The translations under genes and the position numbers were made by a program. Of a DNA stretch of 64,000 nucleotides, positions 54,101 through 62,758 are shown in pieces. The notes beneath the pieces are model-generated. The model ran no database searches, was not told the DNA's origin, and worked only from the letters and a program-made list of their open reading frames with translations. How positions within the stretch are numbered: position 1 is the first letter of the stretch; each line of letters begins with the position of its first letter. The stretch comes from Pirellulales bacterium (lineage in GTDB: Bacteria; Planctomycetota; Planctomycetia; Pirellulales; UBA1268): contig JBGTGN010000156.1 of assembly GCA_041746715.1 (NCBI GenBank), positions 14,900 to 78,899 on the forward strand. Direction: 5' to 3'.

Positions 54101-54211
54101 GCAGGATTGACCTCGGAGAGTTGTGCTCACCGCGAGGCAGCATACCCATTCACGTCGCAGGCCGCGTCTTGGCCACGCTATGCTCATGAAATTCCCTCCA
54201 TGAGCTGAACC

Positions 54212-54631
54212 ATGCCAGACAACTCGCAGTCCCCCGCCCCGCTTCTCGAACGTGCCCGCGCCGCCGCGGAGCGCGCCTACTCCCCCTACTCCGGTTGGCG
54301 GGTCGGGGCGGCCGTCGAGTTTGCCGAGGCGGCCGGTCCTCATGCCGGGGCGAACATTGAGAACGCCTCCTTCGGCCTCACTATCTGTGCCGAGCGGGTG
54401 GCCATTTTTGCAGGCGTGCTCGCCGGTGGCCAAAGGCTTCTTCGCGTCGCCCTCACCTGCCGCGACCGCGAAGGCGGGCTCGTCGCCAAGATTGCCCCCT
54501 GTGGCGCGTGCCTTCAGGTGATCGCCGAGTTTGGTTCGGCTGACACGGCGATCGAGATCGACGGCCGCGGTATCTTTCGGTTGGCCGACTTTCTTCCGCT
54601 GCCCTTTGGCGCCGACGACCTCAAGGAGTAA
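54212..54631 (+). CDS. cdd: Cytidine deaminase
   Basis: YSPYSGWRVGAAV, CAERVAI (the CAE zinc motif), and PCGACLQVIAEF. Confidence 0.9.
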   Translation: MPDNSQSPAPLLERARAAAERAYSPYSGWRVGAAVEFAEAAGPHAGANIENASFGLTICAERVAIFAGVLAGGQRLLRVALTCRDREGGLVAKIAPCGACLQVIAEFGSADTAIEIDGRGIFRLADFLPLPFGADDLKE

Positions 54632-54652
54632 GTCGCTCAGACCATTCTTCGC

Positions 54653-57274
54653 TCACCACTTCGCTCCCGTGCTGCCGGTCTCCTCCGTCCAGAGGTGGAG
54701 AAACTTTTTCCATTCGTCCGCCTGAGTTTCCTCATCGCCATGCACACTGGCGATCCCGGCCCGGTGGAAGGCCGAGCCCGCCAGGGGCAGCCGACGGTTC
54801 GCGGGCATTCGAAGCGCTAACAGTGGATCTTCCTCGGGCGGAGTCAGGGATTGAAGCTTGTCTACGAGATCGGCAAAGCGCGTCTCGAGAAACTGCGGCT
54901 TGCCAGTGCCCGCAGGCTGATGCAGCGAACGCGGCGTGCCAAACTCGATCACCGGCATGTCATCGGTGTTCAGTGGGTAGCGTTCGAAGAGATTGGCCGC
55001 CCGCGTGACATTACCGCAATAGAAGAGCAACACGGTCTCTTCGTTGACCGGGAGCATAAGCTCGTGGATGTTGTGATGCGTGGCTCCTTCCACCGCCTCT
55101 CGCTTCGCGTCTTCGTCATTGAGCGGGCAAGCAGGCAGCGGCGTGGCATCCGCATGCCCCACGAGTGCAGCGATCTCCGCACCGGGCTGAAAGTTCCCTC
55201 GCCACAGGCTTACCTGCGGGAAGGCCTCCAGCATCGTTTTTGCGATCACGCCAAACTCCCACTCGGTCATCTGATAGAGCGGAAGCCATTGCACGAACAC
55301 GCCACCGGGCTCGAGCCGCTCTCGCATGACCTGAAAATGCTCGCGGCTGTAGAGGTTGCCGGTGCCCCGCCTGTAGGGCAGGAACAGATCCGCATTGATC
55401 ATCGAGTAGCGGTCGCGACTCGCCAAAAGCTGGGTGCGACCGTCGCCAATGATCACGCGTGCTCGGGGGTCGCGGTAGAGGCCGCCCGTGGGATCGAATT
55501 CGCCCGGCCGGCCAGTGAAGTATTTTCTCGAGGCGGCCACCACGTTGGCGGATACTTCGCAGGCGACGACTTTCGTGATGTGCTGGAACGCATCACGGCT
55601 GAGCGCTTCGCCGGCCGTGATCCCGGTACCCATTCCGAGGAAAAACACACTCTCGGTCGCGGGATACGCGAGCAGGGGGATGCGGGCCTGGTAGATCTGC
55701 GAGCCGAACGCGGCCGTGGAGCCGAGGCTGTAGTGTGAGTTGATGGTGATACCCAGGTCGCCCAGGGAATCCTTCACCACCGTGACGGTGCAGTCGCTGC
55801 CTTCCCAGGTCTCGAGCACGGTTTCCTTGCCCCCCATGCGGTCGAGGCTCACTGGCGCCGGCATGTGGCGTGGGCTCAGGCCTGTGAAAATCAGCACCAG
55901 CATTGCCGCCGCGGCCACTCGGGCGGCGACAGCGGTCATGCCCCTAGCCGGCATGAAGAACGCCAGCAGCAGATACCCGGTGGCGATGATCTGAGTCGAG
56001 CCCCACACGCCCAACCATTCCAAAAGCAGAAATCCGGCGACGAGCGCCCCGAGGATCGCCCCGAGGGTGTTGACCGCTGCGAGCCGACCGATGCTCGAAC
56101 CGGCATCCGTGAGGAAGGCTTCCTCCGTTTTCATCAGAAACGGAAACATCGTGCCCAGCACCAAACAGGCCGGGCCAATCGCGGCAGCGGCCGTGGCAAA
56201 GAGCCGTAGTACGTACGTCGCAAAGGAAAAATCAGTCTCGAGCATCCGCATGCCGTGCGTCAGGCTCATGAAGAGCAGCGGCGTGAAGCCCAGGCTGATG
56301 CCGCCCGCCACGACGATCCAAAGGAGCACCCGTGACGGTGCGGCGTTCCCGCGAGCAAGCCATGATGCGAGCCACGAGCCGAGCGACAGACACGTCAAGA
56401 CCACGATCAATACCGTGGCGAAACTGTAAACGGAGTTCTCGTGAACCTGCGCGAGCATTCGCGTCCACACCACTTCCAGCGCCAGCAGACTGAACCCCGA
56501 CACAAAGGCCAGGCCGATGAGAAGCGGATGCGGGATTGTTGAGGGTGCCGCGGCTATGGATGTCGCCTTTTCCCTTGCCCTTGCTCTTTGCTTTTTCGTG
56601 GTGCGATCCGGGTTCTCCGGAGGCGCCGCGGCCTTCGCCACGGACCACTCGCATCGCGAGAGCCACACCGCGAGCAAGGCGGCTGTCAGAGAGACCGCCA
56701 TCGCCGTGAGGCACGTCATGCGGACGCCCCCGAGCCAGATCAGAACGAATGCGGTGGCGAGGGCACCTGCCGCAGCGCCAATGGTGTTGACCGCATAGAG
56801 CCGCGCCGCGGTCCTGCCGAATAGGTCTCTGTTGGAAATGACCGCCTGCCCGACCACGGGCAGCGTGCCACCCATGCAAAAAGCGGCAGGAAAAACCATG
56901 AGCATCGTCCACGCGACCTCGAGCACACCGAGTGCAAGGCCGCTGCCGTCATCGCCAAGGACCGAATACAGACGGGGTACGACGAATGGGCCTACGAGAA
57001 TGGCGACGCCAGCCGCGGCGATGCCCGCTTCCAGCCACGCATACATGCGAAGGGGCGAGGCAAGCTTCCAAGCCCGCCGCCCCCAGAACCAACTCCCTCC
57101 GGCCATGCCGGCGAAAAACACCGCAAGCGTCAGGGCAGCGGCATACGTGGTGTTGCCAAAGAGCAATGCGATCTGCCGCATCCACAGGATCTGGTAGACG
57201 AGGCAGGCGAAGCCCGACAGCCCCACCATCCACCAGAGGATCGCCAGCGGAGGGCGGGAGATTCTCGGTCCCAT
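54653..57274 (-). CDS. Fused MFS-like membrane domain / spermidine synthase-like aminopropyltransferase
   Basis: About 12 or more TM segments, then a methyltransferase-fold block FFLGMGTGITAGEAL...VVACEVSANV...IIGDGRTQL...MINADLF. Confidence 0.8.
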   Translation of the reverse strand: MGPRISRPPLAILWWMVGLSGFACLVYQILWMRQIALLFGNTTYAAALTLAVFFAGMAGGSWFWGRRAWKLASPLRMYAWLEAGIAAAGVAILVGPFVVPRLYSVLGDDGSGLALGVLEVAWTMLMVFPAAFCMGGTLPVVGQAVISNRDLFGRTAARLYAVNTIGAAAGALATAFVLIWLGGVRMTCLTAMAVSLTAALLAVWLSRCEWSVAKAAAPPENPDRTTKKQRARAREKATSIAAAPSTIPHPLLIGLAFVSGFSLLALEVVWTRMLAQVHENSVYSFATVLIVVLTCLSLGSWLASWLARGNAAPSRVLLWIVVAGGISLGFTPLLFMSLTHGMRMLETDFSFATYVLRLFATAAAAIGPACLVLGTMFPFLMKTEEAFLTDAGSSIGRLAAVNTLGAILGALVAGFLLLEWLGVWGSTQIIATGYLLLAFFMPARGMTAVAARVAAAAMLVLIFTGLSPRHMPAPVSLDRMGGKETVLETWEGSDCTVTVVKDSLGDLGITINSHYSLGSTAAFGSQIYQARIPLLAYPATESVFFLGMGTGITAGEALSRDAFQHITKVVACEVSANVVAASRKYFTGRPGEFDPTGGLYRDPRARVIIGDGRTQLLASRDRYSMINADLFLPYRRGTGNLYSREHFQVMRERLEPGGVFVQWLPLYQMTEWEFGVIAKTMLEAFPQVSLWRGNFQPGAEIAALVGHADATPLPACPLNDEDAKREAVEGATHHNIHELMLPVNEETVLLFYCGNVTRAANLFERYPLNTDDMPVIEFGTPRSLHQPAGTGKPQFLETRFADLVDKLQSLTPPEEDPLLALRMPANRRLPLAGSAFHRAGIASVHGDEETQADEWKKFLHLWTEETGSTGAKW

Positions 57275-57306
57275 ACTCGATCGACTCTGGGCGGCATGGC
57301 GAGCGA

Positions 57307-60075
57307 TCAGTTCTGTCTCACGTAGACGTGATATCCGCAGTGCCAGTCTTTCGGGATCTCCTTCACCTCGTCGCTGTCGGGTGGGGCATTGAAGCCGCCC
57401 CGTTCGACGAGAAGGAAATCACGGCCGCCGATCGTTCGCACTTCCATCTTCAGGGCCTGGTCGGCATTGAGGCCGATCAGCATGTCGCCCGACCAGAAAT
57501 AGCCTCCAAAGAATTTCGATCCCTTGATCTTTCCACCGTCGAGAAACTGGATCACATCCTTGGGCTTCTCCACCTTGGCGCCTGGCTGTCCGGCCTTGGA
57601 CTTCAGAAACGCGCTTATGCGGGGCTCGATCTCCGAGGGGTTGTTTGGGGCCGGGTACACCGCCCAGGCCCAGGTGCCGATCACTTTCGGGTTTGGCGTG
57701 AATTTCCCGCTGTAGGAATACATGTCGGAAGTTTTGCCCGTCTTGTAGGAGGCGAGCGTCGTGCGTGGCAGTTCCCTCACAAATGCCTCGCCGCCCGGCA
57801 CGAGCTGCACGATCGTGGCCAGCCGTGAGCGGATCGTTTGGGCACCACCACCCAGGACGGCCTTTGTGTATGGATCCCGGATCACATCGGGCATGGACGT
57901 GAAGGCTTCCTTGAGCATGGGAGCTGCGGAAGCCTTGACCTCCGGGCTGGCCGTCTTCATCGCATCAGCGATCGCTCTCGCCGTGCGAGAAGATGCCGAG
58001 TCGACGCGGAACGACGTGGCCTTCTTCACGAGCAACGGGAGAAGGGTCTTCGCGTGCTCGGGCTGGGTACAGATTCTGGCCAGGGTGCAGACCGCGGCGG
58101 TCTGGATCCATGTGCTGTCGTATTCCAAAAGCTCAAGGAGCCGTGTGCGGTTTTGGGCGATGAGCTGCGGGTTCGTACGCCCCAGGGCCTCGATGGCGTG
58201 GAGCGTGCCCCACCAGGATTCGTTTGGATCATTGAGTATTTTTACGACCAGCGCATCCATCTCCGGCGTGACTTTCTCTCGCGGGAGCGGGCTGCCCTTG
58301 AACATGCCCGTTAGTGCCAGCAAGCCCGCCTGCCGCAGCCGCGGATCGTTCGACTTCAAGAGCTGCACGACGATGTCGACCTTGCCACGCTTGACCACCT
58401 GGTCCATCGCGGAGCTCCGCAAGTCGTATTCGGGATGGTGGATGTATCGAAGCAGCGTTTGATCCGTTGTGCTCGGTGAGCCAATCGCCGTGAAGACCCC
58501 GATCGAGGCATCGGTCTCGACCTTTTCATTTTTCAATTCTTCGAGCGTGAGTGGACCGCCTGGGATGGGTTCGATCGAATGGAAGGCGTCGTCAGCCGCA
58601 TTGCCCCAGGGGCGGGGCAGGGAGGCCGTAGTGGCCCACTTGCTACGGGGAGCCCCAAAGAGCTGGAGGTGCTTCCGGGGATAGGTGTAGGTGAGCGCGA
58701 AGTACGTGCCCCATGCCATATTGTCTTCGGTGGCCGAGCGGTCGTAGCGGTCGTCCATACCGGCGATGCCGATGCTGCCATCGAACCGGCGGGAGAGGTC
58801 CATCACCCAACGACGGGTGTCGAGGTACGAGCGATAGGGCACCGGCCGCTTCTCCCGCATCTGGCTGATCGCGGCGTGGTGCCAGATCTCGCCCATGCCG
58901 CCACCCGTATGAGCGGCGTGAAACCAGTTGGTGGCATAAAAGCTTTTCATCGCGGAATTGTCCCGCGCCTTGGCATACACGGAGCTCTCGCCAGCGGGAT
59001 CGACCAAGGCCGCCACGGCAAGCGTGATCGCGAGGCCGCTGGTCTTGCCGTTGTCGCGAAAGCCACCCTCCGGCAGGCCGTTGCCATACGCCACATTGCC
59101 GTGGCCGGCAAACCGATAGAACTGCTTGAAGGTCTGGTTGAACATGGACTCATCGACATCTACGCCACAGAGCTTGGCCATCACCAGGAAGGTCATGCAG
59201 TGCATGCCCGAGGCATGGACCTGGCCTGAGCCTGTGGAGTAGGTGAAGGCTGCCGGAGCGCCGCGACCACTCCAGCCACCGCTATACATGTGCGTCTTCA
59301 GTTCTTCGGTCATCTTTTTAATGACCGGTAGCACGCTCTGGTCGCCGGTGCGGAGGTAGTACTCGCAGAGCCCCAGCCCCTTGTAGCCCTTCTCCCAGTT
59401 GAGCCCGCCGATCGTCTTGATGCCCTTCATCCAGCGGCGGACCACGGCTAGGTCTTTCTCTTCGCCCGTGGAAAGCAGGAAGAGCACCGAGCCCCATTTC
59501 GGCTCTGCGTCCTTCGCCAAAAGATCGGCGAGCTGACGCACGATCATGTCCGACTTCGGGCAGTTCACCGGCCAGGTTTTTGAATAGCTGCCCATCACCG
59601 GGATCGTGACTGTCACATCGCCAATGTCCTTGATTGTCAAGACGACCTTGCCGTCCTTCGCCTCGGCCTCGGTGAGGATGTCGCCGAGGATGATCCGAGG
59701 GTCTTCGTCTGCGAGCACCGTGCCGTTGATCCGCTCGATGATCTGACCCTTCACGAGCTTGCCGGTGGCCTCCGCGGGCGACCCTGCTTCCACGTTGGCA
59801 ATCTGCATCGTCATGCCCGGGCGAATCAGGTTGATGCCGATGCCCACCGGTCCAAAATTCCGCACAAGCCACGGCTTCTTGTCGGTGACATTCGGGAACG
59901 GATTGAAGATCGGCTGCTTGCCGGGCGCGTAGTAGGAGGCCTTCGCGGGCGGCTGGCCATTGCTCTTTGGTCCCTTCTGCGACCAGGCGCTTGTGGCACA
60001 CACGAGGGTGATCGCGGCGACTCCGACCCCGGCAAGCCTGGAGAGGTGAGGGGTGACCATGTTCATGGCTTTCAT
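57307..60075 (-). CDS. Large secreted PDZ-domain protein with helical (HEAT/ARM-like) C-terminal region
   Basis: The ATG at 60075 gives MKAMNMVTPHLSRLAGVGVAAITLVCATSAWS (signal peptide). The PDZ-like block is MQIANVEAGSPAEATGKLVKGQIIERINGTVL. The C-terminal repeats are LLKSNDPRLRQAGLLAL... Confidence 0.7.
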   Translation of the reverse strand: MKAMNMVTPHLSRLAGVGVAAITLVCATSAWSQKGPKSNGQPPAKASYYAPGKQPIFNPFPNVTDKKPWLVRNFGPVGIGINLIRPGMTMQIANVEAGSPAEATGKLVKGQIIERINGTVLADEDPRIILGDILTEAEAKDGKVVLTIKDIGDVTVTIPVMGSYSKTWPVNCPKSDMIVRQLADLLAKDAEPKWGSVLFLLSTGEEKDLAVVRRWMKGIKTIGGLNWEKGYKGLGLCEYYLRTGDQSVLPVIKKMTEELKTHMYSGGWSGRGAPAAFTYSTGSGQVHASGMHCMTFLVMAKLCGVDVDESMFNQTFKQFYRFAGHGNVAYGNGLPEGGFRDNGKTSGLAITLAVAALVDPAGESSVYAKARDNSAMKSFYATNWFHAAHTGGGMGEIWHHAAISQMREKRPVPYRSYLDTRRWVMDLSRRFDGSIGIAGMDDRYDRSATEDNMAWGTYFALTYTYPRKHLQLFGAPRSKWATTASLPRPWGNAADDAFHSIEPIPGGPLTLEELKNEKVETDASIGVFTAIGSPSTTDQTLLRYIHHPEYDLRSSAMDQVVKRGKVDIVVQLLKSNDPRLRQAGLLALTGMFKGSPLPREKVTPEMDALVVKILNDPNESWWGTLHAIEALGRTNPQLIAQNRTRLLELLEYDSTWIQTAAVCTLARICTQPEHAKTLLPLLVKKATSFRVDSASSRTARAIADAMKTASPEVKASAAPMLKEAFTSMPDVIRDPYTKAVLGGGAQTIRSRLATIVQLVPGGEAFVRELPRTTLASYKTGKTSDMYSYSGKFTPNPKVIGTWAWAVYPAPNNPSEIEPRISAFLKSKAGQPGAKVEKPKDVIQFLDGGKIKGSKFFGGYFWSGDMLIGLNADQALKMEVRTIGGRDFLLVERGGFNAPPDSDEVKEIPKDWHCGYHVYVRQN

Positions 60076-60143
60076 CGTGGTATGGATTTTGGGCGAAGCC
60101 GACCTCAAGACAGTCGCCAGAATACCAGATGACCCCGCGAGGG

Positions 60144-61850
60144 TCAGGCGCCGCGGCTGCGTTGTCGTTCGTACTTGAGGCCCGGCACAAAGAAGCAGGC
60201 AGCGCTGACGATCCCGAAAATCACGTGCTGCCATGCCGGGGCAACGCACATCACAAGCGCCGTCGCAAAAAGCACCGCCGATTGCACATAGAAGGCGCCC
60301 GAGAGAATGCCTGCCTTGGCAAAGAACACGAGGCCGGCGATGAGCGCGAGGACCGGCGAGAGCGTGAGGACCTCCATGTCGAGGAGGCCCTCGACCCAGA
60401 ACAGCAAGACGCTTGCAATCACGCTGCCGCCCCAGATGTGCGCGATCTGACGTTCCACGGCGGTCACCGGCCCGGCACGATGCCGCAGTGCCCAGAAAAT
60501 CGGTGCCCAGACGGCAAGCCCACCCCCCCAGAGCACCACATAGGGCCAGCGGCTCATGACTGCCTGGTGAGCCAAGACGTCAGTCACGATGCAGAGTGTG
60601 AGGAGCACCACTGAGTGCCACATCCAAAGGAGGCCCCAGTTTTCGAGCACCGTGGCATGGTGGGTCTCACGAAAGAGCCGGCTGATTATTTCGGAGAACC
60701 CACCGCGGCGTGCTGCAATAGCCTCGCCCGCCAGATACGCTCGCAGGTCTGCGGCGAGGGCCGCGGCGGATGCATACCGGAGATCCTGTGGCTTCTGAAG
60801 GCTCTTGAGCGCGATCATCTCGAGGTCGCGGTCGACTCGTGGCTCGAGCGACCGCGGCAAGAGCGGATCGCTTTCGAGCACCGCCAGGAGCGTGTCCATC
60901 GGATTGGACGCCTGAAACGGCGGCCGCCCGGTGAGCGTCTGATAGAGGATCGCCCCCAGGCTCCACACATCACTTGTCGGCCCGACGTCACCGCGACTCC
61001 CAGCCGCCTGTTCAGGCGACATGTAGCAGGGCGTGCCGAGGATCGCCCCGGTGTGCGTGACATCGCGATCTTCTTCGATTCGCTTGGCGAGTCCGAAGTC
61101 GGAAACGAGCGGCGCTCCGGTGCAGTCGATCAATATATTTGAAGGCTTGAGGTCGCGGTGGAGCACACCGCGGTGGTGGGCAGCTTCAACAGCCTCGGCC
61201 ACGCGGCGGAGAATCGATGCCGCCTCCCGCGGAGCCATCGGGCCATCGGCGAGCCGCTTGGCAAGCGTCGTGCCCTCGATGAATCGCATGCTGTAGAAGG
61301 GATGCCCGCCGCATTCGCCGACTTCAAAAATCGAAACGATGCCTGGGTGGTCGAGCTGGGCGGCAGCCTCGGCTTCGCTCCGAAACCGGGAGAGGTCGGC
61401 GACCGTGGCCAGGTCGCGGCGAAGAAGCATCTTCACGGCCACGATCCGGTCGAGGCTTGTTTGGTGCGCTCGGTAGACGATGCCCATGCCACCGCGGCCC
61501 ACTTCCTCGAGCAGGTCGTAGTCGGCAAACGACGCGGGCAGCGGCGTCACGCCCGGCACGAATCCGCCGGGTGTCGGTGGCGGCGCAAGGGGCTCGGGGC
61601 TGCCCCGGGGCACGAACACAGTTGACTCGTCAGCAACGGCATCGGCCATCGACATCGTCGCAAAGAGCTCCCGCAAGTGCGGCGCGAGCCGTGGGTATTC
61701 GGTCGCCTGGCGTTCGAGCAGGTCGATCGCGGTCGCCCCGCGGGACTCGGAAAGTTCATCGAGAAGCTGCGCGAGCAGTTCCTCGTCTTCGGTCGAAAGC
61801 GGCGGTGACTCAGCGGCTGGTGGCGTCATCAGCAAGAACGTCGCACGCAA
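60144..61850 (-). CDS. Ser/Thr protein kinase with C-terminal polytopic membrane domain
   Basis: GRGGMGIVYRA, AVKML, HRDLKPSNILID, DFGLAK, and SDVWSLG, followed by about 6 TM segments. Confidence 0.9.
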   Translation of the reverse strand: MRATFLLMTPPAAESPPLSTEDEELLAQLLDELSESRGATAIDLLERQATEYPRLAPHLRELFATMSMADAVADESTVFVPRGSPEPLAPPPTPGGFVPGVTPLPASFADYDLLEEVGRGGMGIVYRAHQTSLDRIVAVKMLLRRDLATVADLSRFRSEAEAAAQLDHPGIVSIFEVGECGGHPFYSMRFIEGTTLAKRLADGPMAPREAASILRRVAEAVEAAHHRGVLHRDLKPSNILIDCTGAPLVSDFGLAKRIEEDRDVTHTGAILGTPCYMSPEQAAGSRGDVGPTSDVWSLGAILYQTLTGRPPFQASNPMDTLLAVLESDPLLPRSLEPRVDRDLEMIALKSLQKPQDLRYASAAALAADLRAYLAGEAIAARRGGFSEIISRLFRETHHATVLENWGLLWMWHSVVLLTLCIVTDVLAHQAVMSRWPYVVLWGGGLAVWAPIFWALRHRAGPVTAVERQIAHIWGGSVIASVLLFWVEGLLDMEVLTLSPVLALIAGLVFFAKAGILSGAFYVQSAVLFATALVMCVAPAWQHVIFGIVSAACFFVPGLKYERQRSRGA

Positions 61851-61918
61851 GGATCCACGAAACAGAAACCCTGGCCTAGATCATAGGCACGCCGCGACGT
61901 CGGCACACCGCCCCCCGA

Positions 61919-62560
61919 TCACTCGCCGATGAGCACGCGGAGGCGGCGCATGGCTCGCAGGTACCGCATGCCGGCGGCGGGCTTCGAGAGGCCGAGCACA
62001 TCGGCGGCTTCGGACGTCGAGAGATGTTCGAAGTGACGCAGCAACACAATCTGCCGGTCGTCCTCGGCGAGCTCTTCAACCGCCCCGGCAAACCGGCGCT
62101 CGAGCTCGTGCCAGGTGGCGGCCGCCGCAGGCGTCAGCTCGCGGTCGGCAATCTGGCCGGCCATGTCGATCCCTGATCGATCGCCGTCGTCAGCCGTCAC
62201 GAGTGGCACCTCGCGATCAACGCTCCGAGTTCGCGCCACCCGGTGACGGCGATGGGCATCGATGAGCCGGTCGCGGGCCATGTGCCGCAGCCACAGCCGA
62301 AACGGCATCGTCGGATTCTGGAGATAGTCGCCCAGCCGGCGGTTGGCCTCCACGAGCACGTCTTGCACGATGTCGCTGGCATCCACCCGCCGCTTCACCA
62401 AGGCGTCCATCCGCTGGTCGATCAGCCGGCGGATCGCCGCGCGGTGTCGCTGGAGGAGGCCGTTGACGGCGTCGCTATCGCCACGGCGCACCTGCTCAAG
62501 CAGGAAAAGTGTCTGCTCGCCCTGACCATCGGGAGTCGCGGTGACGGGAGGCTCGGCCAT
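61919..62560 (-). CDS. ECF sigma factor (kinase-associated, ECF43-like)
   Basis: The sigma2 region is DIVQDVLVEANRRLGDY...FRLWLRHMARDRLIDAHR. The sigma4 region is LLRHFEHLSTSEAADVLGLSKPAAGMRYLRAMRRLR. Alternative start at 62569. Confidence 0.85.
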   Translation of the reverse strand: MAEPPVTATPDGQGEQTLFLLEQVRRGDSDAVNGLLQRHRAAIRRLIDQRMDALVKRRVDASDIVQDVLVEANRRLGDYLQNPTMPFRLWLRHMARDRLIDAHRRHRVARTRSVDREVPLVTADDGDRSGIDMAGQIADRELTPAAAATWHELERRFAGAVEELAEDDRQIVLLRHFEHLSTSEAADVLGLSKPAAGMRYLRAMRRLRVLIGE

Positions 62561-62758
62561 GAGAATCATCCTACCAACGTGTCGGGGATTCCGGTGGTGA
62601 CGGTCGTGCCCGTGCGGTATCCCGTGGTCGCCCCGGAAACGACATTTTTTTGTTGCCAGAATTTTGCCCGGCGCACCATGGTGCTGCATAATCGCTCGCG
62701 GTCATGAAGGAACGACCGCTGGCGTGCCGCTGCATCGAGTGGTTTCCCGCGAACGGAC

